Below are positions 14,183 to 35,551 of a DNA stretch of 64,000 nt, piece by piece. Position 1 is the stretch's first letter, and every line of letters begins with the position of its first letter. Under the pieces are notes generated by a model. It searched no databases. It worked only from the letters and a program-made list of their open reading frames with translations, and had not been told where the DNA came from. The DNA is from Escherichia coli (GTDB lineage: Bacteria > Pseudomonadota > Gammaproteobacteria > Enterobacterales > Enterobacteriaceae), in NCBI RefSeq assembly GCF_044647545.1, contig NZ_CP172818.1; one strand, written 5' to 3'. A program made the position numbers and the translations under genes.

Positions 14183-16264
14183 CTACTTCTTCGCTGCCGC
14201 TCTGCGCCGTCTGTCCAAATCCTTCAGCAACTTGTTCACGCCATCATCGGCAAACATCGCCTCAAGCGTTGCGGAGAGCTTGCGCCGCCAGTTTTTATAC
14301 TGGTAACTGGTGCCGGGAATATTTACCGGATCCGCCATATCCAGCCAGTCTTCTGGCTGTAGTCCTAACAGGGCGCTGTTGCTATCGGCGATGTAGCGCT
14401 GTAAGCCACGATTCAGCGTCGGCGTCATCGACATCAACGATGCCTTATGCCCGGCACGTTTTGGCAGACAACCATATTTATGCAGAGCATCCAGTAGTCC
14501 TTGCTTCGCCAGTTCGCGATCCTGATACAGACCGCGCAGTACCACTTCATCCGGATACAACCCCAGCGTTTTGCCCAGCGTTAGATCCCCGCTCTCCCAG
14601 TAGCCGCGTAGCGTAGGCAGGTCGTGTGTCGCCGCAACCGCCATCGACTGCTCTGGGTACGCTTTCGGCGCGCGGAATGTCTTCTCGTGGTCGTTTTCGA
14701 AATAGAGCACTTTGTAGGAGTACACACCGCTGCTGCGCAGCTTACCGACAATCTCTACCGGTACGGTACCGAGATCTTCACCAATCACCATACAGCGATG
14801 ACGCTTACTTTCGAGTGCCAGAATCGAGAGCAGATCATCCACCGGATAGTGAACATATGCCCCCTGATCTGCCGTCTCGCCATACGGTATCCACCACAAA
14901 CGCAGCATCGACATCACATGGTCAATTCGTAATGCGCCGCAGTTTTGCATATTGGCACGCAACAGCTCGATAAACGGTTCATAGGCACGCGCGGTGATGA
15001 TATGCGGGTCCATTGGCGGCAATCCCCAGTTCTGCCCCAACGGGCCGAGGATATCCGGCGGCGCGCCAACCGACGCTTTCAGGCAATACAGTTCACGGTC
15101 GCACCAGGTTTCTGCCCCACCTTCTGCTACACCAACGGCCAGATCACGATACAAGCCAATCGGCATTTCATAGTCCTGGCTTATCTCCCAGCAGGCGGCA
15201 AACTGGCTGTAAGCCAGCCACTGCAACCAGAGATAAAAATCGACGTCATCACGATGTTCTTCGCAGAACTGGCGCACTTCTGGTGAATCCACGTTCTGAT
15301 ACATCTCTGGCCATGCAGGCCAGCCCCAGCGCATTTCGTCCTCTTTCACTTGCTGGGCATGTAGTGCGTCAAACGCCGCCTGCCAGAACAGGCTGTCGCC
15401 TTGCTCTGCAACAAACTGGCGAAACGCGGCCATCTGTTCATCATCACGTTGCGCGAAACCTTTCCACGCCATTCGTAATGCTGTCATTTTTAGGGCGGTA
15501 ACCGTGGAGTAATCGACCCAGTCGGCATCCCGCGCCTGTTGCAGCGTCTGTTGCATGGTCGGCAACTTCCACCAGGCCTGAGCCTCTTCGCTAAGATGGA
15601 AATCTTCAACGGCGTTAACGTCGATATAAATCACATTCAGCCAACGGCGAGAAGACGGGCTATACGGGCTGGCACTTTCCGGATTTGCCGGATAGAGCGC
15701 ATGAATCGGGTTCAGACCGATGAACGACCCGCCACGTTTTGCCACATCCACCAGCATCGCTTTGAGATCGCCAAAATCCCCAATACCCCAGTTTTTTTCC
15801 GATCGCAGTGTATAAAGCTGAACGCAGGCACCCCACAGCTTTTGTTTGTTCAGCAACGCCTGCGGTTCGTAACAGCGTTTCGGGGCGACAATCACCCGGC
15901 AATGCGCGCGCTGGTCGTCCTGGGTGACTGTCAGCGTGTGATAACCTTCCGGCAGCTTCGTCGGTAGATTGAACGCTTTGCCCCCCGTTACATGGCCTTT
16001 GTACTGCGTTCCTTCTTCGGTGGTCAGCAGCCAGCTATATTCGCCGCTGCCCTCCACCGCCATCGGCATTTTTTTGCCGCTGGTATAGACCATGACATTC
16101 GGGACTGGCGTTACCGCCACTTTCGTGGCGGTACGTTGATGCATCGCGTCAAGCAAACGCCGTTTGGTTTCGGCGCTAATCGACTGCGGTTTACCGTGGG
16201 CATTGATGTAATTGGGGCTGATCCCCGCCGCCAGCGCGGCATTATCCAGACGTTTGCTTTCCAT
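14183..16264 (-). CDS. malQ: 4-alpha-glucanotransferase (amylomaltase)
   Basis: 693-aa ORF MESKRLDNAALAAGISPNYINAHGKPQSISAETKRRLLDAM...; downstream of malP as in the malPQ operon. Confidence 0.95.
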   Translation of the reverse strand: MESKRLDNAALAAGISPNYINAHGKPQSISAETKRRLLDAMHQRTATKVAVTPVPNVMVYTSGKKMPMAVEGSGEYSWLLTTEEGTQYKGHVTGGKAFNLPTKLPEGYHTLTVTQDDQRAHCRVIVAPKRCYEPQALLNKQKLWGACVQLYTLRSEKNWGIGDFGDLKAMLVDVAKRGGSFIGLNPIHALYPANPESASPYSPSSRRWLNVIYIDVNAVEDFHLSEEAQAWWKLPTMQQTLQQARDADWVDYSTVTALKMTALRMAWKGFAQRDDEQMAAFRQFVAEQGDSLFWQAAFDALHAQQVKEDEMRWGWPAWPEMYQNVDSPEVRQFCEEHRDDVDFYLWLQWLAYSQFAACWEISQDYEMPIGLYRDLAVGVAEGGAETWCDRELYCLKASVGAPPDILGPLGQNWGLPPMDPHIITARAYEPFIELLRANMQNCGALRIDHVMSMLRLWWIPYGETADQGAYVHYPVDDLLSILALESKRHRCMVIGEDLGTVPVEIVGKLRSSGVYSYKVLYFENDHEKTFRAPKAYPEQSMAVAATHDLPTLRGYWESGDLTLGKTLGLYPDEVVLRGLYQDRELAKQGLLDALHKYGCLPKRAGHKASLMSMTPTLNRGLQRYIADSNSALLGLQPEDWLDMADPVNIPGTSYQYKNWRRKLSATLEAMFADDGVNKLLKDLDRRRRAAAKK

Positions 16265-16273
16265 CGAGCTTCC

Positions 16274-18691
<2,418 letters not shown>

Positions 18692-18714
18692 TCAACACAA
18701 CGTTATCGCTAGTT

Positions 18715-18785
18715 TGCCAGGCTCGATGTTGACCTTCCTCATCCTGCGGGGGATTAGGCAGGGAGGAGTTGCGGGGATGAGCAAG
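18715..18785 (-). promoter_or_regulatory. malPQ promoter region with candidate MalT boxes
   Basis: GGATGA-type motifs (ggggatgagc on +, cctcatcc on -) 50-120 bp upstream of malP; MalT-dependent promoter is established for malPQ. Confidence 0.4.
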
Positions 18786-19283
18786 GAAATGTGATCTCGA
18801 CCACTTAAAGCTAGTGCAAACCACAGGATTAGCAGCAAATCAATGCCATACAGCGCAGAAAATCTGTATCTAAGTGCAAAAAATGGCCGTTGCGTATTTT
18901 CAAAAAGCGGAAGGTAACTCTATAAATTAAGTAAAGGAGTGAAACAGTTTCATAAGTAAAATATCAAGTGTGCTCCATCTCATTCTTAATAGATTTATTA
19001 AGATCATCTTTTTAGATGGCACTTTCATCAGGGATAAAGAAGAAACCCTTGCTTAAATGAAACTGATGAACATAAGGAAAATACCGTACAACCCAGTATT
19101 CACGCTGGATCAGCGTCGTTTTAGGTGAGTCATTAATAAAGATTTGGAATTGTGACAGAGTGCAAATTCAGACACATAAAAAAACGTCATCGCTTGCATT
19201 AGAAAGGTTTCTGGCCGACCTTATAACCATTAATTACGAAGCGCAAAAAAAATAATATTTCCTCATATTCCACAGTGAAGTGA

Positions 19284-21995
<2,712 letters not shown>

Positions 21996-22000
21996 GTTTA

Positions 22001-22024
22001 GCCGGATAATACGTCGGATCCGGC
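22001..22024. repeat. REP-like palindrome or terminator between malT and rtcA
   Basis: gccggat aatacgtcgg atccggc inverted repeat just after the malT stop. Confidence 0.35.
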
Positions 22025-22037
22025 TTACATCTTTATA

Positions 22038-23057
<1,020 letters not shown>

Positions 23058-24284
23058 TTATCCTTTTACACACACCACCTGACGCAGGGTGTAGATAACT
23101 TCCACCAGATCGCTTTGTGCCGCCATCACCGCGTCGATATCTTTATACGCCATCGGGATTTCGTCGATCACTTCGGCATCTTTACGGCATTCCACATGCG
23201 CGGTGGCACGAATTTGATCTTCCACGCTGAACAGTTTTTTCGCTTTAGTACGGCTCATTACCCGCCCGGCACCGTGGCTGCACGAACAGAACGACTCTAC
23301 ATTTCCCAGCCCACGGACGATAAAGCTTTTCGCTCCCATCGACCCTGGAATAATTCCATATTGACCAGCACGCGCAGACACCGCGCCTTTACGCGTCACG
23401 TAGATCTCTTCACCAAAGTGCTGTTCTTTTTGCACATAGTTGTGGTGACAGTTGATCTCTTCCATCGCCAGCGTTTGCGGCTGCCTTACCGTTTTCTGCG
23501 TAATGCTCTGCAACGCCGTTACCACGTTTTCCATCATCGCATCGCGGTTAAGGCTGGCAAAAAGCTGCGCCCAGGCCACCGCTTTCAGGTAATCGTCAAA
23601 GTATTCCGTACCTTCCATAAAGTACGCCAGATCACGCGACGGCAACGTTTCAAGTGTTTCCTGCATCTCTTTTTGCGCCAGATCGATAAAATAAGTTCCG
23701 ATGGCGTTACCAATTCCGCGTGAACCGGAGTGCAGCATAATCCACACCTGGTCCGACTCATCAAGGCAGATTTCAATAAAGTGGTTACCCGTTCCCAGCG
23801 TTCCCAGATGTTTATAGTTGTTAGTGTTAAGGAAACGTGGATATTTTTGCGTTAACCACTGATAACCGGCTTCCAGCTCAGCCCATTTCGCATCGACGTT
23901 AACAGGCGGATTTTCCCATGCGCCTTTATCACGTTTACAACGTCCGGTAGTACGCCCGTGCGGCACGGCAGCTTCAATCGCCTGACGCAGCTCCGCCAGG
24001 TTTTCCGGCAGGTCTGCCGCCGTTAACGCGGTACGCAGCGCGTTCATTCCACAACCGATATCTACCCCCACCGCCGCCGGAATAATCGCCCCTTTGGTTG
24101 GGATCACGCTACCAATGGTGGAACCTTTACCCAGATGTACATCAGGCATTACCGCAATATGTTTGAAAATAAACGGCATCTTCGCCGTATTTATCAGTTG
24201 CTGACGCGCATCGTCTTCTACCGGTACGCCTTTGGTCCACATTTTTACCGGGACATTTTCAGTGGTCAGTAATTCGTAATTCAT
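23058..24284 (-). CDS. rtcB: RNA ligase RtcB
   Basis: 408-aa ORF MNYELLTTENVPVKMWTKGVPVEDDARQQLINTAKMPFIFKHIAVMPDVHLGKG.... Confidence 0.95.
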   Translation of the reverse strand: MNYELLTTENVPVKMWTKGVPVEDDARQQLINTAKMPFIFKHIAVMPDVHLGKGSTIGSVIPTKGAIIPAAVGVDIGCGMNALRTALTAADLPENLAELRQAIEAAVPHGRTTGRCKRDKGAWENPPVNVDAKWAELEAGYQWLTQKYPRFLNTNNYKHLGTLGTGNHFIEICLDESDQVWIMLHSGSRGIGNAIGTYFIDLAQKEMQETLETLPSRDLAYFMEGTEYFDDYLKAVAWAQLFASLNRDAMMENVVTALQSITQKTVRQPQTLAMEEINCHHNYVQKEQHFGEEIYVTRKGAVSARAGQYGIIPGSMGAKSFIVRGLGNVESFCSCSHGAGRVMSRTKAKKLFSVEDQIRATAHVECRKDAEVIDEIPMAYKDIDAVMAAQSDLVEVIYTLRQVVCVKG

Positions 24285-24321
24285 TTTGTTTTTCTCTTTT
24301 CGTTGTTTGCTGTCCTGATAA

Positions 24322-24338
24322 TTGCAACCGTCGTGCCA
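24322..24338 (-). promoter_or_regulatory. sigma54 (-24/-12) promoter of rtcBA
   Basis: Minus strand reads TGGCACGacggTTGCA, an exact match to TGGCAC-N5-TTGC, about 40 bp upstream of rtcB; the divergent gene encodes the sigma54 activator RtcR. Confidence 0.65.
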
Positions 24339-24471
24339 GAAAATTAAATAAGCAGCTTAATTTTTTAATTCATTGTTTTTAATAGATTAAATCTTTACGT
24401 CCGTAAACGGAGATTTCCCGCAAAGCCAATTCGCCGATAATGAAATATCGTCTTTTATAAGGATATCTAAG

Positions 24472-26070
24472 ATGCGTAAAACAGTGGCTTTTGGCTTTGT
24501 CGGCACCGTACTGGATTATGCCGGGCGCGGCAGTCAGCGCTGGTCGAAATGGCGTCCGTCACTCTGTCTATGCCAGCAAGAATCGTTAGTCATCAATCGA
24601 CTGGAATTGTTGCACGACGCCCGCTCACGCTCGCTGTTTGAAACGCTTAAACGCGATATCGCCAATGTTTCGCCAGAAACAAAAGTGGTGGGCGTTGAGA
24701 TTGAACTGCATAACCCGTGGGATTTCGAAGAGGTTTACGCCTGCCTGCATGATTTCGCCCGTGGTTACGCGTTCCAGCCAGAAAAAGAAGACTATTTAAT
24801 TCACATCACCACCGGTACCCACGTCGCGCAGATTTGCTGGTTTCTGCTGGCAGAAGCGCGTTATCTACCCGCCCGGTTGATACAATCTTCACCACCGCGC
24901 AAAAAAGAACAACCGCGCGGCGCAGGTGAAGTGACGATTATCGATCTCGATTTAAGCCGTTATAACGCCATCGCCAGCCGCTTTGCCGAGGAACGCCAGC
25001 AAACCCTCGATTTCCTCAAATCCGGCATTGCCACGCGTAACGCCCACTTCAACCGCATGATTGAGCAGATCGAAAAAGTGGCGATCAAATCCCGCGCACC
25101 GATCCTGCTCAACGGCCCAACCGGTGCGGGAAAGTCGTTTCTGGCACGACGCATCTTCGAGTTAAAACAGGCGCGGCATCAGTTTAGCGGCGCGTTTGTG
25201 GAGGTGAACTGTGCCACTCTGCGCGGCGATACCGCCATGTCAGCGCTGTTTGGTCATGTGAAAGGCGCGTTTACCGGGGCGCGGGAGTCGCGGGAAGGAT
25301 TATTACGCAGCGCCAACGGCGGGATGTTATTTCTTGATGAGATTGGCGAACTGGGCGCAGACGAACAGGCAATGCTGCTGAAAGCCATTGAAGAGAAAAC
25401 CTTTTACCCGTTTGGCAGCGATCGCCAGGTGAGTAGCGATTTTCAGCTTATCGCCGGAACGGTGCGCGATTTGCGCCAACTGGTTGTCGAAGGCAAATTT
25501 CGCGAAGACCTGTACGCACGGATTAATCTCTGGACTTTCGCTCTGCCGGGGCTACGCCAGCGCCAGGAAGATATTGAACCTAACCTGGATTATGAAGTGG
25601 AGCGCCACGCCTCACTTACCGGCGACAGCGTGCGTTTTAACACCGAAGCGCGGCGCGCCTGGCTGGCCTTTGCAACATCATCTCAGGCGGCATGGCGCGG
25701 TAACTTTCGCGAGCTTTCTGCCAGCGTCACGCGAATGGCAACCTTTGCCACTAGCGGACGCATCACTCTGGAAGTGGTTGAAGATGAGATAAACCGTCTG
25801 CGCTATAACTGGCAGGAGAGCCGCCCTTCCGTGCTTACACAGCTACTGGGCGCTGAAGCGGAAAACATCGACCTCTTTGATCGACTGCAACTGGAACACG
25901 TTATCGCTATCTGCCGTCAGGCAAAGTCGCTTTCCGCTGCCGGACGCCAGCTTTTTGACGTTTCGCGCCAAGGGAAAGCCAGCGTCAACGACGCGGATCG
26001 GCTACGCAAATACCTGGCGCGTTTTAATCTGACGTGGGAAGCCGTGCAGGATCAGCACAGCTCCAGTTGA
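24472..26070 (+). CDS. rtcR: sigma54-dependent transcriptional activator RtcR
   Basis: 532-aa [33 protein letters not shown]...; AAA+ motifs GPTGAGKS and GAFTGA. Confidence 0.93.
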   Translation: MRKTVAFGFVGTVLDYAGRGSQRWSKWRPSLCLCQQESLVINRLELLHDARSRSLFETLKRDIANVSPETKVVGVEIELHNPWDFEEVYACLHDFARGYAFQPEKEDYLIHITTGTHVAQICWFLLAEARYLPARLIQSSPPRKKEQPRGAGEVTIIDLDLSRYNAIASRFAEERQQTLDFLKSGIATRNAHFNRMIEQIEKVAIKSRAPILLNGPTGAGKSFLARRIFELKQARHQFSGAFVEVNCATLRGDTAMSALFGHVKGAFTGARESREGLLRSANGGMLFLDEIGELGADEQAMLLKAIEEKTFYPFGSDRQVSSDFQLIAGTVRDLRQLVVEGKFREDLYARINLWTFALPGLRQRQEDIEPNLDYEVERHASLTGDSVRFNTEARRAWLAFATSSQAAWRGNFRELSASVTRMATFATSGRITLEVVEDEINRLRYNWQESRPSVLTQLLGAEAENIDLFDRLQLEHVIAICRQAKSLSAAGRQLFDVSRQGKASVNDADRLRKYLARFNLTWEAVQDQHSSS

Positions 26071-26810
26071 ATATGGTGGTCCGTCAGCACCTGCATCACG
26101 CTTACTGGCGGCGGGGCGTCGGTGTAGACGGCATCTACCATGCTGATACTGCCCATATTGACCATCGCGTTACGGCCAAATTTCGAGTGATCGACAACCA
26201 GCATAACGTGGCGCGAGTTCTCAATAATGGCGCGTTTGGTGCGAACTTCGTGGTAATCGAACTCCAGCAGCGAACCGTCGCTATCGATGCCACTAATCCC
26301 CAGAATGCCGAAATCAAGGCGGAACTGGGAGATAAAATCGAGCGTTGCTTCGCCAATGATCCCACCATCGCGGCTGCGTAATTCGCCACCGGCGAGAATG
26401 ATGCGAAAATCTTCTTTTACCATCAGCGTGTTAGCGACGTTGAGATTGTTGGTCACAATGCGCAAATTGCTGTGATTAAGCAGCGCGTGCGCCACCGCTT
26501 CCGGCGTGGTGCCGATATCGATAAACAGCGTCGAGCCATTGGGAATTTGCTCCGCCACTTTGCGGGCGATGCGCTCTTTTTCTTCGGTCTGGGTGGCCTT
26601 GCGATCGTGCCACGGCGTATTAACCGAACTGGAAGGCAGCGCCGCACCGCCATGATGGCGCAGGATCAGGTTTTGCTCTGCCAGCTCGTTGAGATCGCGG
26701 CGAATAGTCTGCGGGCTAACGGAGAAGTGCTCCACCAGCTCCTCGGTACTGACATAACCCTGCTGTTTAACCAGTTCGATAATACCGTTGTGACGTTGTG
26801 TTTGTTTCAT
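26052..26810 (-). CDS. glpR: glycerol-3-phosphate regulon repressor (DeoR family)
   Basis: MKQTQRHNGIIELVKQQGYVSTEELVEHFSVSPQTIRRDLNELAEQ...; start trimmed to MKQTQ; 3' end overlaps rtcR convergently by 19 bp. Confidence 0.93.
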   Translation of the reverse strand: MKQTQRHNGIIELVKQQGYVSTEELVEHFSVSPQTIRRDLNELAEQNLILRHHGGAALPSSSVNTPWHDRKATQTEEKERIARKVAEQIPNGSTLFIDIGTTPEAVAHALLNHSNLRIVTNNLNVANTLMVKEDFRIILAGGELRSRDGGIIGEATLDFISQFRLDFGILGISGIDSDGSLLEFDYHEVRTKRAIIENSRHVMLVVDHSKFGRNAMVNMGSISMVDAVYTDAPPPVSVMQVLTDHHIQLELC

Positions 26811-26826
26811 TTCTAAATCCCTGGAA

Positions 26827-27669
<843 letters not shown>

Positions 27670-27701
27670 TTATTCCACACAAAAGGGGACAGTATAAAGC
27701 G

Positions 27702-28106
<405 letters not shown>

Positions 28107-28165
28107 TTATACATATCACTCTAAAATGTTTTTTCAATGTTACCCAAAGCGCGATTCTTTGCTAA

Positions 28166-28183
28166 TATGTTCGATAACGAACA
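28166..28183 (+). promoter_or_regulatory. GlpR operator in the glpD promoter
   Basis: atgttcgataacgaacat is a perfect palindrome, 35 bp upstream of the glpD start; GlpR regulates glpD. Confidence 0.5.
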
Positions 28184-28217
28184 TTTATGAACTTTAACGA
28201 AAGTGAATGAGGGCAGC

Positions 28218-29723
28218 ATGGAAACCAAAGATCTGATTGTGATAGGTGGCGGCATCAATGGTGCTGGTATCGCGGCAGACGCCGCTGGACGCGGTTTATC
28301 CGTGCTGATGCTGGAGGCGCAGGATCTCGCTTGCGCGACCTCTTCCGCCAGTTCAAAACTCATTCACGGTGGCCTGCGCTACCTTGAGCACTATGAATTC
28401 CGCCTGGTCAGCGAGGCGCTGGCTGAACGTGAAGTGTTGCTGAAAATGGCTCCGCATATCGCCTTCCCGATGCGTTTTCGCCTGCCACATCGTCCGCATC
28501 TGCGCCCGGCGTGGATGATTCGCATTGGTCTGTTTATGTACGATCATCTGGGTAAACGCACCAGCCTGCCGGGATCAACCGGTTTGCGTTTTGGCGCAAA
28601 CTCAGTGTTAAAACCGGAAATTAAGCGCGGATTCGAATATTCTGACTGTTGGGTAGACGACGCCCGTCTGGTACTCGCCAACGCCCAGATGGTGGTACGT
28701 AAAGGCGGTGAAGTGCTTACTCGTACTCGTGCCACGTCTGCTCGCCGCGAAAACGGCCTGTGGATTGTGGAAGCAGAAGATATCGATACCGGCAAAAAAT
28801 ACACCTGGCAGGCGCGCGGCCTGGTGAACGCCACCGGCCCGTGGGTGAAACAGTTCTTCGACGAGGGGATGCATCTGCCTTCGCCTTATGGCATTCGCCT
28901 GATCAAAGGCAGCCATATTGTGGTGCCACGCGTGCATACCCAGAAGCAAGCCTACATTCTGCAAAACGAAGATAAACGTATTGTGTTCGTGATCCCGTGG
29001 ATGGACGAGTTTTCCATCATCGGCACCACCGATGTGGAATACAAAGGCGATCCGAAAGCGGTGAAGATTGAAGAGAGTGAAATCAATTACCTGCTGAAAG
29101 TGTATAACGCGCACTTTAAAAAACAGCTTAGCCGTGACGATATCGTCTGGACCTATTCCGGTGTGCGTCCGCTGTGTGATGATGAGTCCGACTCGCCGCA
29201 GGCTATTACCCGTGATTACACCCTTGATATCCATGATGAAAACGGCAAAGCCCCGCTGCTGTCGGTATTCGGCGGTAAGCTGACCACCTACCGCAAACTG
29301 GCGGAACATGCGCTGGAAAAACTGACGCCGTATTATCAGGGTATTGGCCCGGCGTGGACGAAAGAGAGCGTGCTGCCGGGAGGTGCCATTGAAGGCGACC
29401 GCGACGATTATGCCGCTCGCCTGCGCCGCCGTTACCCGTTCCTGACTGAATCGCTGGCACGTCACTACGCACGCACTTACGGCAGCAACAGCGAACTGCT
29501 GCTCGGCAATGCGGGAGCGATAAGCGACCTCGGGGAAGATTTCGGTCATGAGTTCTACGAAGCGGAACTGAAATACCTGGTGGATCACGAATGGGTCCGT
29601 CGCGCCGACGATGCCCTGTGGCGTCGCACAAAACAAGGCATGTGGCTAAATGCGGATCAACAATCTCGTGTGAGTCAGTGGCTGGTGGAGTATACGCAGC
29701 AGAAGTTGTCGCTGGCGTCGTAA
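28218..29723 (+). CDS. glpD: aerobic glycerol-3-phosphate dehydrogenase (FAD)
   Basis: METKDLIVIGGGINGAGIAADAAGRGLSVLMLEAQDLACATSSASSKLIHGG... (FAD-binding GGGING); start trimmed to METKD. Confidence 0.95.
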   Translation: METKDLIVIGGGINGAGIAADAAGRGLSVLMLEAQDLACATSSASSKLIHGGLRYLEHYEFRLVSEALAEREVLLKMAPHIAFPMRFRLPHRPHLRPAWMIRIGLFMYDHLGKRTSLPGSTGLRFGANSVLKPEIKRGFEYSDCWVDDARLVLANAQMVVRKGGEVLTRTRATSARRENGLWIVEAEDIDTGKKYTWQARGLVNATGPWVKQFFDEGMHLPSPYGIRLIKGSHIVVPRVHTQKQAYILQNEDKRIVFVIPWMDEFSIIGTTDVEYKGDPKAVKIEESEINYLLKVYNAHFKKQLSRDDIVWTYSGVRPLCDDESDSPQAITRDYTLDIHDENGKAPLLSVFGGKLTTYRKLAEHALEKLTPYYQGIGPAWTKESVLPGGAIEGDRDDYAARLRRRYPFLTESLARHYARTYGSNSELLLGNAGAISDLGEDFGHEFYEAELKYLVDHEWVRRADDALWRRTKQGMWLNADQQSRVSQWLVEYTQQKLSLAS

Positions 29724-29787
29724 ATTAACGTAAGGTGGCCAGGTCAGATTTCAATCTGACCTGAGACTGATGATAAACAAAAAAACT

Positions 29788-29886
29788 GCCTGATGCGCTA
29801 CGCTTATCAGGCCTACGTGGTTTATGCAATATATTGAATTTGCATGATTTTGTAGACAAAATAAGGCGTTCACGCAGCATCCGGCA
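29788..29886. repeat. REP/BIME element (two inverted REP units) downstream of glpD
   Basis: gcctgatgcgctacgcttatcaggcctac and, in opposite orientation, gtagacaaaataaggcgttcacgcagcatccggcat. Confidence 0.75.
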
Positions 29887-29929
29887 TAAACAAAGCGCAC
29901 TTCGTCAACAATCTGACCTACTTTTTGAT

Positions 29930-30223
29930 TCAAGGAATTACCGCAAAGCCCACGCAATCATACCCAACGTAACAAAACTCAGACACATTACCCACTCGCC
30001 CAGAGAAAAATAGCAGTAATGCGCCCAGCGTCAGCATAAAGACGTTGAGTAGAAGATAAATTGTTGGTGTAAAGAGTAAATTGCAAAACTCAAGAATAGC
30101 GGCAAGCCCGGCCCCCAGCATGGCAACAACCGCTGCCAAAAATTGCGCCAGTATGGGGATGCCAAAAAAAGTCATTACCAGCGAGGTCAAAATCCATTTT
30201 CCGTTTTGCATTATTCTTTCCAT
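29930..30223 (-). CDS. yzgL: small membrane ORF (yzgL-like), coding status uncertain
   Basis: 97-aa hydrophobic ORF between glpD and glgP, where yzgL lies in K-12; I cannot verify the protein sequence from memory. Confidence 0.4.
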   Translation of the reverse strand: MERIMQNGKWILTSLVMTFFGIPILAQFLAAVVAMLGAGLAAILEFCNLLFTPTIYLLLNVFMLTLGALLLFFSGRVGNVSEFCYVGYDCVGFAVIP

Positions 30224-30339
30224 TCTTGCTGAATGGCGAAATTATACTCCCCGATAACCCTCGCCCCCTCTGGACACTTTTCCTAAATAAAGGCGAAAAA
30301 AAACGGGACCTTTTGGCCCCGTTCTGTTTTTTAGCGAAC

Positions 30340-32805
<2,466 letters not shown>

Positions 32806-34239
32806 CTATTTCAAGCGATAGTAAAGCTCACGGTACGACTTCGCCGCGACCTGCCAGCTAAAATCCATTGCCATAGCCTGACGTTGCACAAACCGCCACA
32901 GTGAAGGACGGGACCACAGTACAAAAGCACGTCGAATAGCCCGTAATAGCGACCAGGCATTACTATCTTCAAAGACAAACCCACTGGCGACGCCATCTGC
33001 AAGGTTCTCAAGAGAACAGTCAGAAACCGTATCAGCAAGCCCACCGGTGCGCCGCACTAACGGCAGCGTACCGTACTTCAATCCATAAAGTTGCGTTAAG
33101 CCGCACGGTTCAAAACGGCTGGGCACCAGAATGACGTCCGCGCCGCCCATAATGCGATGCGAAAATGCTTCGTGATAGCCAATCTGAACGCCCACCTGGC
33201 CGGGGTATTCCGCTGCCGCCGCAAGGAAACCTTCCTGCAGCACCGGATCGCCCGCGCCGAGTAGCGCCAGTTGCCCGCCCTGCTCCAGAAGACCCGGTAA
33301 GGCCTCCAGCACCAGGTCGAGACCTTTCTGGCTGGTCAGACGGCTCACCACTGCAAAAAGCGGCACTTTATCGTCAACCTTAAGCCCCATTGCGATTTGT
33401 AACTGGCGCTTATTTTCCGCTTTATCTTCCAACGTATCGCGGGTGTAACGCGAGGCCAACAGTAAGTCCGTCTCTGGACTCCAGATTTTCTCGTCCACGC
33501 CGTTCAGTACGCCGGAAAGACGCCCTTCACGGTGACGCTGTTGCAACAGACCTTCCATACCGTAGGCAAACTGCGGTTCGGTGATCTCGCGAGCGTAGGT
33601 TGGACTGACTGCCGTAATGTGATCGGCATAGTACAGACCGGCCTTCAGAAAAGAGATTTGTCCGTTGAATTCCAGCCCATGAATATTAAAGAATGACCAT
33701 GGCAATTGGATGTCATTCATGTGATGTGCATAAAACATGCCTTGATAGGCCAGGTTGTGCACAGTAAACACCGACTTCGCCGGACGCCCGCGCGCCGCCA
33801 GATACGCAGGCGCAAGGCCTGCATGCCAGTCGTGCGCATGCACCACATCAGGACGCCAGAATGGGTCAAGCCCACTGGCCATTTCTGCCCCAACCCACCC
33901 CAGCAGCGCAAAACGCAATACGTTGTCGGTATAGGCAAATAAGTTGGTATCGTGATACGGGCTTCCCGGACGATCATAGAGATGCGGCGCGTCAATCAGG
34001 TATATGCCAACCCCGTTGTAATGACCGAACAACAGCGTGATATGTCCGGCGAAGGTATCACGACGGGATACTACCTGCGCATCGGTCACGCCACGGCGAA
34101 TATCGGGAAATGCAGGCAACAGTACGCGAGCGTCAACGCCGTCTGCGATTTGTGCTGCGGGTAATGCCCCAATAACATCAGCCAGACCGCCGGTTTTAAG
34201 CAGCGGGAACATCTCTGAACATACATGTAAAACCTGCAT
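32806..34239 (-). CDS. glgA: glycogen synthase (ADP-glucose dependent)
   Basis: 477-aa [45 protein letters not shown]... (KTGGL motif). Confidence 0.95.
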
Positions 34240-35534
34240 TATCGCTCCTGTTTATGCCCTAACTTCCGTAGCATTTCGCGCGTTACCAGCACGATGCCTT
34301 CTTCTGAACGATAGAAACGACGTGCATCTTCCTCTGCGTTTTCACCAATCACCATGCCTTCCGGAATAACACAAGCACGATCGATGACGCAGCGGCGCAG
34401 ACGGCACGAGCGACCTACCCATACTTCCGGTAACAATACGGCGGAATCAATGTTGCAGAATGAATTCACGCGAACGCGCGAGAACAGAACGGACTGCACC
34501 ACCACCGAACCGGAGATCACACAACCGCCGGAAACCAGTGAGTTAAGGGTCATCCCGTGGCTACCGGAGCGATCCTGCACGAATTTCGCTGGCGGTAATG
34601 ATTCATTGTAGGTGCGAATTGGCCAATTGCGATCGTACATATCCAGTTCCGGCACCACAGAGGCCAGATCGAGGTTCGCTTTCCAGTAAGCTTCCAGCGT
34701 ACCCACATCGCGCCAGTACGGCTCGGCATCCGGGTCGGATTGTACGCAAGAGAGCGGGAACGGATGCGCATAGGCCAGACCGGCTTCGGTGATCTTGGGA
34801 ATCAAATCTTTGCCAAAGTCGTGGCTGGAGTTCTCATCGCGATCGTCTTCTTCCAGCAGTTCATACAGATAGTCGGCGTCAAAGACGTAGATACCCATAC
34901 TCGCCAGAGATTTGCTCGGATCGTTCGGCATTGACGGTGGGTTAGCAGGTTTTTCAACGAATTCGATAATTTTATCGTTCTCATCAACCGCCATAACGCC
35001 AAATGCGGAGGCTTCTTCAATCGGTACTGGCATACAAGCAACGGTGCAACGTGCGCCTTTTTCGACGTGGTCGATAAGCATACGCGAGTAGTCTTGCTTG
35101 TAGATATGGTCGCCCGCCAGGATCACCACGTATTCCGCTTTATAACGGCGGATAATGTCGAGGTTTTGGGTAACTGCATCTGCGGTGCCGCGATACCAGT
35201 TTTCCCCTTTCATTCTCTGCTGTGCTGGCAGCAGATCGACAAACTCGTTCATTTCTTCATTGAAGAATGACCAGCCGCGCTGAATGTGCTGCACCAGAGT
35301 GTGGGACTGGTACTGGGTGATCACGCCCATACGACGGATCCCGGAGTTGATGCAGTTAGACAGCGCAAAGTCGATAATGCGGAACTTACCGCCGAAGTGT
35401 ACGGCCGGTTTTGCTCGCTTATTGGTTAAATCCTTCAGGCGGGTACCACGTCCTCCCGCCAGTATCAGGGCAACAGATTTCAATGGCAGCTGGCGCGCCA
35501 ACATTAAGTGATCGTTCTTCTCTAAACTAACCAT
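34239..35534 (-). CDS. glgC: glucose-1-phosphate adenylyltransferase
   Basis: [49 protein letters not shown]...; start trimmed to MVSLEK (431 aa). Confidence 0.95.
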
Positions 35535-35551
35535 GACTAACTCCTTTTTTA

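Noticed and set aside
29740-29763. Perfect palindrome caggtcagat ttca atctgacctg after the glpD stop as a rho-independent terminator
   Set aside because: No U-run follows on either strand. It may contribute to termination or be part of the adjacent REP/BIME cluster, but I cannot call it a canonical intrinsic terminator.
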